Below are positions 1-9,611 of a stretch of 64,000 bases of DNA, piece by piece (position 1 is the stretch's first letter; every line of letters starts with the position of its first letter). A program made the position numbers and the translations under genes. The DNA comes from Candidatus Omnitrophota bacterium (GTDB lineage Bacteria; Omnitrophota; Gorgyraeia; Gygaellales; Profunditerraquicolaceae). The stretch lies in NCBI GenBank assembly GCA_030650425.1, contig JAUSED010000002.1, positions 2,388 through 66,387 of the forward strand, written 5' to 3'. The notes beneath the pieces were generated by a model that worked only from the letters and a program-made list of their open reading frames with translations, was not told where the DNA came from and searched no databases.

Positions 1-1
1 T

Positions 2-3000
2 TACAGCATAGGTACCGGTTGTGCCTAAGAAGACAGGATTTTTGATCCCGGAAATAACAATGCTTGGTGTAGCTGCGGCGCTAATCGCTGTGCCGGTTGT
101 AATGGTTAAGGTCTGATTAGAAGCTGCGACAGTTGAACCAGTGTTACCTGAGACATAAGCTAAGGAGCCGCTTAGATCGTAGTTGGCATTAAAGTCTACT
201 TCGATCTTGCCGCCGGAAGCAATAGGATTAGCCGTGGTAAAAGCAATCGTATGATTGGTAGTTGCTCCGGCTTTCAACGAGGCTGGGGTAATGCTGGGAG
301 TAATCAGCGCGCCGGCATTAACCACCACACTCCCTGATACGCCGGTCTTAGCGGCAGTATCTGTAGCGGTTAAAGTAATTGTTTCAGCGATGGTGTCTTT
401 GGCATAAACCGTCGCCACGCCTGTAGCTAAAGTATAGGTGGTAGTGGTGGTAGTATAGGTATTATCCGTATAGAATAAGGCCGAGCCGGAATTAGTCATC
501 GTCACTACGGTCGATGAATCTGTAGTAACGGTGTTATTAACGCTGTCTTTAGCTGTGGCTGTAGCTGACCAACCTGTGCCGGCAGTCTGCGGAGTCGCGC
601 TGGTTATCACATAAGAAGCAATGGCGCTGGGATTAACCACCACATTGCTGCTGGTACCGGTCTTGGTATTAGCATCGGTCGCGGTGATGGTAATCGTCTG
701 GCTAGTCGCGTCTCTGACATAGACCGTCGCCGTACCGCTGGCAAGAGTATAGGTAGTAGTGGTGGTATTGTAGTTGTTATCAGTGTAGAATAGCGCGGCG
801 CCGGAGTTAGTCATCGTTACCACTGTAGATGAGTCTGTGCTCACCGTGTTATTATAGGTATCCTTAGCTGTAACTGTCGCTGACCAGCCTGTGCCGGCGG
901 TTTGCGGAGTTGCGCTAGTTACCACATAAGAAGCGATGGTTGGGCTGGGGTTGACCACTACATTACTGCTTACCCCGGTCTTGATATTAGCATCGGTCGC
1001 GGTGATGGTAATCGTCTGGGCAGTAGTATTTTTAAGATAGATCGTTGCTGTGCCGCTGGCAAGAGTATAAGTAGTGGTGGTGGTAGTATAAGTGTTATCA
1101 GTGTAGAATAACGCCGCTCCGGAGTTAGTCATGGTTACCACTGTTGATGAATCTGAGCTAACTGTGTTATTCAGGCTGTCTTTGGCTGTAACCGTAGCTG
1201 ACCAGCCAGTGCCGGCGGTTTGGGGAGTCGCGCTGGAGACAGTATAGTGGTCAATCGCAGCCGCGCTCACTACTACATCCGTGCTGGTGGCTGAAGTATA
1301 ACCACTGTTAGGATAGGTTACGTTGATCAGGTCTAAGCTGGGGGTAGCGTTAGCATCTGTAGTTGCTAAACTGGCGGCAAAATCTAAGGTAGTGGTGGTA
1401 GTGGGAACAAAGCCTCCGCTGGATTGCCATTGGCTGCGGGTGATCCCTTCTAAGGTAGTTTTGGAGATGCCGTTGGTGGCGATATTACCCAGTGTGGAAG
1501 CTGTCCAGCTAGAACCATCCCAATATTTCCAAGTTGTCCGGCCGTCAAAGGAAACCAGATATTTGATGGAGGTATTCGCGGGCGTAGTCTGGGTCAGCGA
1601 AGCGCTGGATAAACCGGTCCAGCTGGAAGTATTGATCTGCGAGCCGGCGGCAGTAGTAACATAATAAGCTTGGGAAGTGGGGTAAGTAAGCGCGGGGAAT
1701 TCATAAATTTTTACCTCGGAAAGCGCGCGGCTAATCGAATCCCAGTTCGGGCCTCTTAAAACCATTTTCAAATAACGGGTGCTCACATTTAAACTTATAT
1801 TTATGTACTGGGCGCCCTGGGTTGCCAAAACATCATGGGTGATCACCAAAGTCCAGTTACTGCTGTCCGGAGAACTATAGACATCCACATATTTGGGAAG
1901 ATACCAATTTTGGACAGTATCATATCCCATCCAAGGAGTGATTTTACTCACCAGCTTGGTGGTCGTTAAATCAAAAACGTAAGACCAATCAAGCGTGGAG
2001 TTAGTGCTTGTGTTCGTCAAACAACACTGGCCAAAAGTAGCAATCCCGTCAGATAGGCAAGCAGGAGGCGTGGTGGTAAGCGTGCCGTTTTGATAATAAG
2101 TGGCTTCGGTAATCGTATAGCTTACCTGCTGTTCTCCTGAACCGGTTGACTTCAGAGCTACTGCTCCGCTGGCAAAGGCTGTGCCATTTGTCCCATCCTG
2201 TTGAGTATAATTACCCGCAGTAGTAAAATCCACACTGCTATCCGCGCTAGCTCTCTCAGCCTTAATGTTCATCGTTTCTGCCTTATTATAGGAAAGGCCG
2301 GAGAAGGTAGCTACGCCATCAACTACGGTAGCAGTTAAGTTGGCTCCTTGGAGTGTATCTGTGCCGGTTGCGCCGCGGGATAAGGTAATACTGGTTGAGT
2401 CGTCCGTGATGATCGTATTGCCTAAGCTATCCTGCACCGCTACCTTAGGCTGTTGAATAAAGGCTACGCCTGCTGTAGCTGTGCTGGAAGGCTGCTGGGT
2501 AAAACCGAGTTTACTGGCTGCGCCGGCATTAACTACCACATTGCTGCTAGTGCCGGTCTTGGTATTAGCATCAGTTGCGGTGATGGTGATGGTTTGAACG
2601 GTGTTATCCTTGACATAAATCGTCGCTGTGCCGCTGGCAAGGGTGTAGGTGGTGGTCGTAGTGGTATAAGTGTTATCAGTGTAGAATAGCGCGGCCCCGG
2701 AGTTAGTCATGGTTACCACTGTAGATGAGTCTGTGCTCACCGTGTTATTCCCGGCATCCTTAGCTGTAACTGTCGCTGACCAGCCAGTGCCGCTAGTCTG
2801 CGGAGTTGCGCTGGTGACAGTATAAGAGGCGATTGCCCCGGGATTAACCACCACATTACTGCTTACCCCGGTCTTGGAATTCGCATCGGTTGCGGTTAAG
2901 GTAATCGTCTGGGCAGTTGCGTCTTTGACATAGATAGTTACTGTGCCGCTGGCAAGGGTGTAGGTGGTGGTCGTTGTGGTATAAGTGTTATCAGTGTAGA

Positions 3001-6000
3001 ATAGCGCGGCCCCGGAGTTAGTCATGGTTACCACTGTAGATGAGTCTGTGCTCACTGTGTTATTCCCGGCATCCTTAGCTGTAACTGTCGCTGACCAGCC
3101 TGTGCCGGCGGTCTGCGGAGTTGCGCTGGTGACAGTATAAGAGGCGATGGCGCCGGCGCTAACCACCACATTATTACTGGTGGCTGAAGTATAGCTGGCA
3201 TGGTTTACGCTAATCAGGTCTAAGGTAGGAGTGGCGCCGGCATCTGTACTTGCTAAACTGGCGGCAAAATCTAAGGTCGTGGTGGTAGAAGGAACAAACC
3301 CTCCGGTAGATTGCCACTGGCCGCTCGTGATCCCTTCTAAGGTCGTTTTGGAGATGCCATCGGTAGCGATACTAGCGAGGGCAGAAGCTGCCCAGCTAGA
3401 GCCATTCCAATATTTCCAAGTTGTCCGGCCGTCAAAAGAAACCAGATACTTGATCGAGGTATTCGTCGGTGTGGTTTGGGTTACCGCGGCGCTGGATAAA
3501 CCGGTCCAGCTGGAAGTATTGATCTGTGAGCCGGCGGCAGTAGTTACATAATAGGCTTGAGAAGTAGGGTAACTAGAAATAGCATAGGCTGAAGTTGGAG
3601 GCGTAAAATTAGCTGTCCATCTGGCGATGCCTTTAGAGACGCGCAGTTCGTCCATATATCCTTTAAGATAACCGCTAAAATCCGCTTCAAGGCCGATACT
3701 TAAACCGCTGGCAAAATCAGGTATGGCATTGGTAATCGTATCGTTAGTTCCTCCTAATTTTTGGCCGTCAACGTAAAGGCTGAAAAGATTGCCATTCCTC
3801 ACCACCGCTACATGATACCAGGTATTGATTGACGGCGACCAGGTGCGGGTAATCCCGACCGCGGTCGGATACCAATCAAATCTCAAAAGTGAGTTGGAAC
3901 TGGTATAACAAAATCTCCAAAAAGTAGAACCATTGGCATACTGTTCAATGAAGCCGCAATTGCGTATTTCCGTAAAATAAACCCAAAAATCAATGGTGAA
4001 ATCTCCTGCGTCAAAGAACCAGTCCGCGCTATCCGCAGCACTTAGATAATTTCCTCCTCCTCCGTCTTGATAAGCGCTGTACCCGCCGAATTTACTTTGG
4101 GTGTTACTCCGGCTGTCTGTGCCGTTGATGGTTATGCTGTGCGGCGCGCTGCTGCTATCGGTCAGGCCCGTATCATCCATATGCATCAGTAATTGCGTGT
4201 TGGCATCGCTGGTTCCGTGCAAGATTACTGTGCCGCTAGAAAAATCCGTGCCAGAGGTCGCGTCCTGCTGGGTATAGTTGGCCTCTGTAGTAAAATTCAG
4301 GCTGCTGTCCGCGGAAGCTGCATCAGCCTTGATAGTCATCGTCTCAGCCTTGTTGTAGTACAGGCCGTTGAAAGTTGCCAAACCGCTTGAGGCAGTTGCA
4401 GTCAATGTGCCTTGCAGGGTATCTGTGCCGGTTGTGCCGCGGGATAAGGTAATACTGGTTGCGTTGTCTGAAGTAACGGTGTTGCCATAGGCATCCTGAA
4501 CAGCCACAATCGGCTGCGTACCAAAAGCCGTGCCTGCTGTAGCTGTGGCTGAAGGCTGTTGGGTAAAACCGAGTTGTGTGGCGGTTGAAGCGCCTATGCT
4601 TATGGTTCCTGTAGCATCACCCGTTAACGTTGCGTGGGTCGCGGTAACCGTCCCTGAACCTGTATTGTTTACGCCCGGCTGGAGAATAGTGGACGCGCCT
4701 GAAGCAGCGCTTAACCAAGCGCTGTTCAGGGTCCCGGTTACACCCCAAGTTACCGACTGATCTGCTACATAAGTATTGGTATTATCATATTCCGCGGCAT
4801 AGAGGGTTAAAGTATCCTGATTGGCAACCAATGACGCGGTAGTTACCTCGCTTCCCCCTCCTGACGCGGCATTTCTTATAGTGATATGATCCTTCGTCTT
4901 CCACGCCGCGTAACGGTATATGGTGTTGCTAGGGCTATTCACGCTCGTGCCGCTTCCGACGCTAAACCCGTCGCTAATACTATCTTTAATTCCAGTACCA
5001 CCGGTGATATTCGCGGTATTGGCAAAATATTGACAATTATCCGCTGCCAAGGAATCACTCCGCTGCACCGCGTTTACGGTATTATTTCCCTTAACCCAAA
5101 CCAAATCAGGCTGGAATCCTACTCCGGTAATATCTTTACTCGCCTGCGCGTCCGCAGTGTAAGAACCGACGCTAAAATTATCGTCGGCTTTAAAGGCAAA
5201 CCACCAATAGATAGCTTGGTCGGTATTAACATAACCACCGTAGCCTATCTGGAACCCGTCCGGCTCTAACGCCTGAATAATATTTGATGTTTCCGCTACG
5301 CTGCCAAATAAAGAGGATGAATCGCCCGTATGATTGGAAGTCCTCCAGACACCCCCATTCGCGGTAGAAGCCTTAATCACCACTAAATCCGGCTGAAAAC
5401 CTAGCCCGGTAATCGAACGGTTATCTAAAGCGTTACCCGCATAACTGCCTACTTGAAAATCAACCGCGCCTGTGCTTGGTATATCAAATGCCTCCCAGTA
5501 ATAAGTCCCGGCGCTGGTATTCACTGTAGCGTGCGTCCCCACAGTAAACCCGTCGCTGTCTAAAGAGGTGACCGCTCCGCTAAGATCAGCAGTCCCTGTA
5601 GATAGATAAGCTGACCTATCGCCATACATCGCCGAGCTTCTAAACACAGCGTAATCTGTGGTAATGCTTTTAATGATCACTAATTCCGGCTGAAAACCTA
5701 GCCCGCTGATCGACTGAGCAGAGCCGGTCCCGCTATATGAACCTTTGGCCAGATTAAAACTACCTGTGGCAGCAGCAGCTGCCTGTTCCGCGAAAGCGGC
5801 GTAATAATAAGTATAATTTACTGTATTAACATTTCCGCCAGTCCCAACCTGAAAGCCGTCGCCAGCCGGCTGCTCTAATGATTGGATTGCGTTTACCCCA
5901 TTACCCACAGCTGTAAAGTAACCGCTGGAATCGCCTTTTAAGGAAGAACAGCTAAACATCGCTGAGTCAGTAACGGTATCTTTCACAAAAACAAAACCCG

Positions 6001-9000
6001 GCTTAAAGCCTACGCCTGAAATATTCCGGTCATCTGTGCTGTCACCGGTATAGCTGCCGACTTTAATCGAACCCGCTGCCTGCTTAAAAGCCGCATACCA
6101 GTAATTTGTTGAGCCGGCATTCACCTGAGCATCTGTGCCCACAGTAAAACCATCGCTGACAAAAGCGGTAATCTGGTCCGCTCCCTGAGATTGGCCGTTA
6201 AAATAAAGTGAGTTGCTGCCGCTTACATCCGCGGTCCTCCAAACTCCTAAGTTAAGGCCTGAACTTTTAACCCAAACCAAATCCGGCTGGAAGCCTACGC
6301 CGGTAATATCATGGCCGGCGCCTGTGCCGCTATAGGTGCCGACTTTAAAATAACCGTTTCCTGAACCGCTAAAGGCAATCCACTGATAAGCTGTTCCCGC
6401 GTTATTTACCGCGGTATTCGTGCCTAAGGTAAATCCACCGCTATCTAAGGAAGTAATCCCGCCGCTAAAATCCGCGCTGGCAACTCCCAGATAAGCCGTC
6501 GTATCTCCGGTCATCGCTGAACTCCTAAAGACTAAGCCGGCTGTGCTGCTCGCTGATTTAACCATCACCAAATCCGGCTGGAACCCTACGCCGGTAATCG
6601 CGAGGCTCGCGCCGGTACCGATATAGGTTCCGGTTTTCAGGGTGGGAACGCCGGCAGTGGTATTTAAGGTAGTAAAATTCCAAGTGGTCGTATCGCTAAT
6701 CCCGGCATAGGCAAGGCCTGCCGTATCCTTGAAACAAGTACCGGCTATCTGAACATAATAACCTGTATTATAGTTAAAGTCGGACGTAGGATTAATGTTA
6801 ATTGTTTTTGTGCCGCTGCCGGTTACCTGACTGGAGGTAACCGCGATGGTTTCTACGGTAGAGTTATCCGAAGATTTTTTAATCACAATATTGCCGGTAT
6901 TGATATCTACCGGCTCAGCGAAGTTAATAATCAGGTTTACGCCTACTCCGGCAGATGTAGCGCCGTCAGCCGGAGAAAAACTGCTTACAGCGGGGTTAGT
7001 AACATCCGCGCTATATACCCGCCACGCCGCGTAACGGTATACGGTTGAGCTGGGGTTATTTACGGCTGTACTATTACCCACAGTAAAGCCGTCGCTAATA
7101 ATATTTTTAAGGTTAGTCGTAGCATTCGCTACATTAGAAAAATATTGGGAATTAGTATCCGTAAAAGAACTGCTCCGGTGCACTCCTTGATTGCCTGCCT
7201 TTGACTTAATCCAGACCAAATCCGGCTGGAACCCTACGCCGGTAATGTTTGTGTTATCTGTGTTATTGGCGCTGTAAGAGCCTACGCTAAAATTATTCCC
7301 GGCTTTAAAAGCAAACCACCAATAGGCCACTCCGACGCTGTTCACATAACTTGAGGCGCCTACTTTGAACCCGTCTGTTTCTAATGCCTTGATATTTCCC
7401 GCTTCTTCTGAAGTGGCGTCAAAAAAAGAACAGCGTTCACCCGAATGGCTGGAAGTCTTCCAAACCCCTATGTTTCCATTAGAGGCTTTAATCACCACCA
7501 AGTTAGGCTTAAAACCAACCCCTGTAATTGACCTGTTATCTGTAGAACTACCCAGATAACTGCCTACTTGAAAATCAACCGCGCCTGTGCTTGGTATATC
7601 AAATGCCTCCCAGTAATATGTGCCGCCATTGGTATTTACTGTGGAGTCGGATCCTACAGTAAACCCGTCGCTGTCTAAAGAGGTAACTCCTCCGCTAAGA
7701 TCGCCGGTAGAGGAGTTAGCTAAATAAGCTGACCTGTCGCCATACATCGCTGAGCTCCTAAATACAGCGTAATCTGTGGAAATGCTCTTAATGATCACTA
7801 ATTCCGGCCTAAAGCCTAAGCTTGAGATGGATTGGGTAGTGCCATTACCGCTATATGAGCCTTTGGCCATCGTAAAATTGCCCGCGGCAGCAGCAGCCGG
7901 CGGCCCGCTAAACGCGGCATAATAATAAGTAGAACTTACCGCGTTAACATAAGCATTAGTCCCCACTTGGAACCCGTCGCCGGCTGGCGTATCCAGTGAT
8001 TGAATAACATCTGAAACATTGGCAGCGGCTGTAAATAAAGGGGAATAATCGCCGATTATCGAGCGGCAGCTAAACGCGCCCAAGTTAGTAGTGGTATTTT
8101 TTATCAAGACAAAACCCGGGTTAAAGCCTACACCTGAAATATTTTTATTATCAGTTCCATCACCGGTATAAGTACCCACCTTCATTGAACCTGAAGCTTC
8201 TTTAAAGGCCACATAATAGTAAGCTACTGTGTCGGTATTTACCTCGGCATCTGTGCCTAAGCTAAATCCATCGCTGACAAAGCCGGTGATCCGGTTAGCT
8301 GCCTGGGCCGTGCCGGAAAAATAAAGAGAGTTGGTAGAACTCACATCCTTAGTTTTCCAAATCCCTAGATTAGCGCCTGAGCTTTTAACCCAGGCTAAGT
8401 CCGGCTGGAAACCAATGCCGGTAATATCTCTGCTAATGCCGTTGCCGGTGTAAGTGCCGACCTTGAAACAACCGTTTCCTGAACCGCCAAAGGCAATCCA
8501 CTGATAAGCTGTGGCTGTTACCGCGTAATTTACACTGGCGTCCGTGCCCACAGTAAACCCGTCGCTGTCTAAAGAAGCAATCCCGCCGCTGAAATTCGCG
8601 CTGGCAACTCCCAGATAAGCCGTGCTATCCGCGGCCATCGCCGAAGTTGTAAAAACCGCGGCGCCCGCGGTAGTAGCTGCTTTAATGATTACCAGATCCG
8701 GCTGGAAGCCCAAGCCGGTAATCGAGAGGCTCGCGCCGGTGCCGACATAAGTGCCGGTTTTCATTGCCGGCAGCCTTGTGGAATTAGTAAGTGTTCCGTC
8801 AGCCCCGCCTGTGCCGTTGGTGCCTTTGGTTACAGAGGGGCTTCCGCTAAAGGTACTTGTACTGCTATAAATCGCGATTCTTCCGCCGCCGCCTCCGCCG
8901 CCAGCCGAGGCTGTCGCGCCGCCATTGCCTCCGTTAGCCGTAATCGCGCCTGAACCGGCTAAGGCCGCGCAGTTAATCTGGATACTTCCGCCTGAACCGC

Positions 9001-9598
9001 CGCCGCCTGAACCTGCGGCTGCTGAGCCGGCAGTTCCATTAGCTGAAATCCCGCCGTTCACTGTAACCGTTCCGCTGACAGCTAATTTGATCGCTCCGCC
9101 GCCTGCGCCGCCTGCGGCTGCTGCTCCTCCGCCGCCGCCAGAACCTATGTTGCTAGGAGCAGTAGATGAGCCATAGGTTGTGCCGCCTGCGCCGCCGCTT
9201 GTTCCGCTAGCGCCTGCGCCGCCATAACCTCCGCCTCCGCCTCCGCCAGTAGCGCTTCCTACGCCTGCGCCTGTGCCTGTGCCGCTCGCGCCTGCCGCGC
9301 CGCCAGCATAACCTTGGCCATCCGCGGAAATGCTCGCGCCCAGATCAACCGTAACACTGGTGGCATTAATGATTACTCCGTTAGCGCCGCTAGACTGCAA
9401 GGTAAGAATAGCGTTATTTGAGATCGTCAGGTTACCGTAATTATAGGTTCCGCTAGCCCAACTGGTATTAGTAGTTATATTAAGGTCAACGCCGGCAGAA
9501 TCAACACTCTTCTGGTTAAGCAGTAGGAATAATACGCTTAGCGCGCTAAAGATAACCAGTAAACCTGTCTTCACTCTGCCTCTATTGATTTTACTCAT
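2..9598 (-). CDS. Giant secreted repeat protein, partial: the N-terminal ~3199 aa lie in the window and the C-terminus lies beyond position 1
   Basis: ATG at 9596-9598 sits 7 nt after a GAGGCGAG ribosome-binding site. The N-terminus MSKINRGRVKTGLLVIFSALSVLFLLLNQ reads as a signal peptide. I hand-translated the frame from 9598 down to about 4800 and met no stop. The ORF track lists no minus-strand ORF anywhere in 1-9600, which fits one frame left open at the window edge. The architecture runs from a Gly-rich GGxGGxG region (about 8750-9400), through at least 13 tandem ~98-aa modules with a GFQPDL(V/A)(I/W)IK…DGF(T/S)VG motif (about 4900-8750), to tandem ~104-aa Ig-like domains with a diverged internal duplication (about 170-4600). 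Confidence 0.7.
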   Translation of the reverse strand, partial: MSKINRGRVKTGLLVIFSALSVLFLLLNQKSVDSAGVDLNITTNTSWASGTYNYGNLTISNNAILTLQSSGANGVIINATSVTVDLGASISADGQGYAGGAAGASGTGTGAGVGSATGGGGGGGYGGAGASGTSGGAGGTTYGSSTAPSNIGSGGGGGAAAAGGAGGGAIKLAVSGTVTVNGGISANGTAGSAAAGSGGGGSGGSIQINCAALAGSGAITANGGNGGATASAGGGGGGGRIAIYSSTSTFSGSPSVTKGTNGTGGADGTLTNSTRLPAMKTGTYVGTGASLSITGLGFQPDLVIIKAATTAGAAVFTTSAMAADSTAYLGVASANFSGGIASLDSDGFTVGTDASVNYAVTATAYQWIAFGGSGNGCFKVGTYTGNGISRDITGIGFQPDLAWVKSSGANLGIWKTKDVSSTNSLYFSGTAQAANRITGFVSDGFSLGTDAEVNTDTVAYYYVAFKEASGSMKVGTYTGDGTDNKNISGVGFNPGFVLIKNTTTNLGAFSCRSIIGDYSPLFTAAANVSDVIQSLDTPAGDGFQVGTNAYVNAVSSTYYYAAFSGPPAAAAAGNFTMAKGSYSGNGTTQSISSLGFRPELVIIKSISTDYAVFRSSAMYGDRSAYLANSSTGDLSGGVTSLDSDGFTVGSDSTVNTNGGTYYWEAFDIPSTGAVDFQVGSYLGSSTDNRSITGVGFKPNLVVIKASNGNIGVWKTSSHSGERCSFFDATSEEAGNIKALETDGFKVGASSYVNSVGVAYWWFAFKAGNNFSVGSYSANNTDNTNITGVGFQPDLVWIKSKAGNQGVHRSSSFTDTNSQYFSNVANATTNLKNIISDGFTVGNSTAVNNPSSTVYRYAAWRVYSADVTNPAVSSFSPADGATSAGVGVNLIINFAEPVDINTGNIVIKKSSDNSTVETIAVTSSQVTGSGTKTININPTSDFNYNTGYYVQIAGTCFKDTAGLAYAGISDTTTWNFTTLNTTAGVPTLKTGTYIGTGASLAITGVGFQPDLVMVKSASSTAGLVFRSSAMTGDTTAYLGVASADFSGGITSLDSGGFTLGTNTAVNNAGTAYQWIAFSGSGNGYFKVGTYSGTGAGHDITGVGFQPDLVWVKSSGLNLGVWRTADVSGSNSLYFNGQSQGADQITAFVSDGFTVGTDAQVNAGSTNYWYAAFKQAAGSIKVGSYTGDSTDDRNISGVGFKPGFVFVKDTVTDSAMFSCSSLKGDSSGYFTAVGNGVNAIQSLEQPAGDGFQVGTGGNVNTVNYTYYYAAFAEQAAAAATGSFNLAKGSYSGTGSAQSISGLGFQPELVIIKSITTDYAVFRSSAMYGDRSAYLSTGTADLSGAVTSLDSDGFTVGTHATVNTSAGTYYWEAFDIPSTGAVDFQVGSYAGNALDNRSITGLGFQPDLVVIKASTANGGVWRTSNHTGDSSSLFGSVAETSNIIQALEPDGFQIGYGGYVNTDQAIYWWFAFKADDNFSVGSYTADAQASKDITGVGFQPDLVWVKGNNTVNAVQRSDSLAADNCQYFANTANITGGTGIKDSISDGFSVGSGTSVNSPSNTIYRYAAWKTKDHITIRNAASGGGSEVTTASLVANQDTLTLYAAEYDNTNTYVADQSVTWGVTGTLNSAWLSAASGASTILQPGVNNTGSGTVTATHATLTGDATGTISIGASTATQLGFTQQPSATATAGTAFGTQPIVAVQDAYGNTVTSDNATSITLSRGTTGTDTLQGTLTATASSGLATFNGLYYNKAETMTIKADAASADSSLNFTTEANYTQQDATSGTDFSSGTVILHGTSDANTQLLMHMDDTGLTDSSSAPHSITINGTDSRSNTQSKFGGYSAYQDGGGGNYLSAADSADWFFDAGDFTIDFWVYFTEIRNCGFIEQYANGSTFWRFCYTSSNSLLRFDWYPTAVGITRTWSPSINTWYHVAVVRNGNLFSLYVDGQKLGGTNDTITNAIPDFASGLSIGLEADFSGYLKGYMDELRVSKGIARWTANFTPPTSAYAISSYPTSQAYYVTTAAGSQINTSSWTGLSSAAVTQTTPTNTSIKYLVSFDGRTTWKYWNGSSWAASALASIATDGISKTTLEGITSGQWQSTGGFVPSTTTTLDFAASLASTDAGATPTLDLISVNHASYTSATSNNVVVSAGAIASYTVTSATPQTAGTGWSATVTAKDAGNNTVSTDSSTVVTMTNSGAALFYTDNTYTTTTTTYTLASGTVTIYVKDATAQTITLTATDANSKTGVSSNVVVNPGAIASYTVTSATPQTSGTGWSATVTAKDAGNNTVSTDSSTVVTMTNSGAALFYTDNTYTTTTTTYTLASGTATIYVKDNTVQTITITATDANTKTGTSSNVVVNAGAASKLGFTQQPSSTATAGVAFIQQPKVAVQDSLGNTIITDDSTSITLSRGATGTDTLQGANLTATVVDGVATFSGLSYNKAETMNIKAERASADSSVDFTTAGNYTQQDGTNGTAFASGAVALKSTGSGEQQVSYTITEATYYQNGTLTTTPPACLSDGIATFGQCCLTNTSTNSTLDWSYVFDLTTTKLVSKITPWMGYDTVQNWYLPKYVDVYSSPDSSNWTLVITHDVLATQGAQYINISLNVSTRYLKMVLRGPNWDSISRALSEVKIYEFPALTYPTSQAYYVTTAAGSQINTSSWTGLSSASLTQTTPANTSIKYLVSFDGRTTWKYWDGSSWTASTLGNIATNGISKTTLEGITRSQWQSSGGFVPTTTTTLDFAASLATTDANATPSLDLINVTYPNSGYTSATSTDVVVSAAAIDHYTVSSATPQTAGTGWSATVTAKDSLNNTVSSDSSTVVTMTNSGAALFYTDNTYTTTTTTYTLASGTATIYLKNTTAQTITITATDANIKTGVSSNVVVNPSPTIASYVVTSATPQTAGTGWSATVTAKDTYNNTVSTDSSTVVTMTNSGAALFYTDNNYNTTTTTYTLASGTATVYVRDATSQTITITATDANTKTGTSSNVVVNPSAIASYVITSATPQTAGTGWSATATAKDSVNNTVTTDSSTVVTMTNSGSALFYTDNTYTTTTTTYTLATGVATVYAKDTIAETITLTATDTAAKTGVSGSVVVNAGALITPSITPASLKAGATTNHTIAFTTANPIASGGKIEVDFNANYDLSGSLAYVSGNTGSTVAASNQTLTITTGTAISAAATPSIVISGIKNPVFLGTTGTYAV
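170..1310 (-). repeat. About 3.5 near-identical tandem copies of a ~312-bp coding repeat (Ig-like domain units) inside the giant gene
   Basis: Directly visible repetition, e.g. blocks 488-818 and 819-1131 share long identical runs (…ggtcttggtattagcatcggtcgcggtgatggtaatcgtctgg…gtgtagaatagcgcggcgccggagttagtcat). Confidence 0.8.
2460..3200 (-). repeat. Second cluster of the same ~312-bp Ig-like coding repeat (about 2.5 copies). It is part of a diverged internal duplication of roughly 2 kb, so that about 170-2450 matches about 2460-4580.
   Basis: 2711-3010 is nearly identical to 3011-3190 and to the 488-1131 copies. The flanking segments 1323-1690 and 3231-3590, and 2200-2520 and 4300-4580, are also clearly homologous. 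Confidence 0.75.
4900..8750 (-). repeat. At least 13 tandem, diverged repeats of about 295 bp (~98 aa) encoding the GFQPDLVIIK-type modules
   Basis: The motif ccggctggaa(a/g)cctacgccggtaat recurs at about 5100, 5395, 5695, 6000, 6290, 6580, 7215, 7500, 7805, 8110, 8400 and 8700. Confidence 0.7.
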
Positions 9599-9611
9599 CT
9601 TTCTCGCCTCA

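Noticed and set aside
902-9176. Plus-strand ORFs from the track inside 1-9600 (e.g. 902-1111, 1323-1664, 2453-2689, 3231-3551, 4886-5269, 8925-9176)
   Set aside because: They are antisense to the giant minus-strand gene. They are repetitive because they mirror its tandem repeats (1323-1664 is nearly identical to 3231-3551). They have no independent coding evidence.
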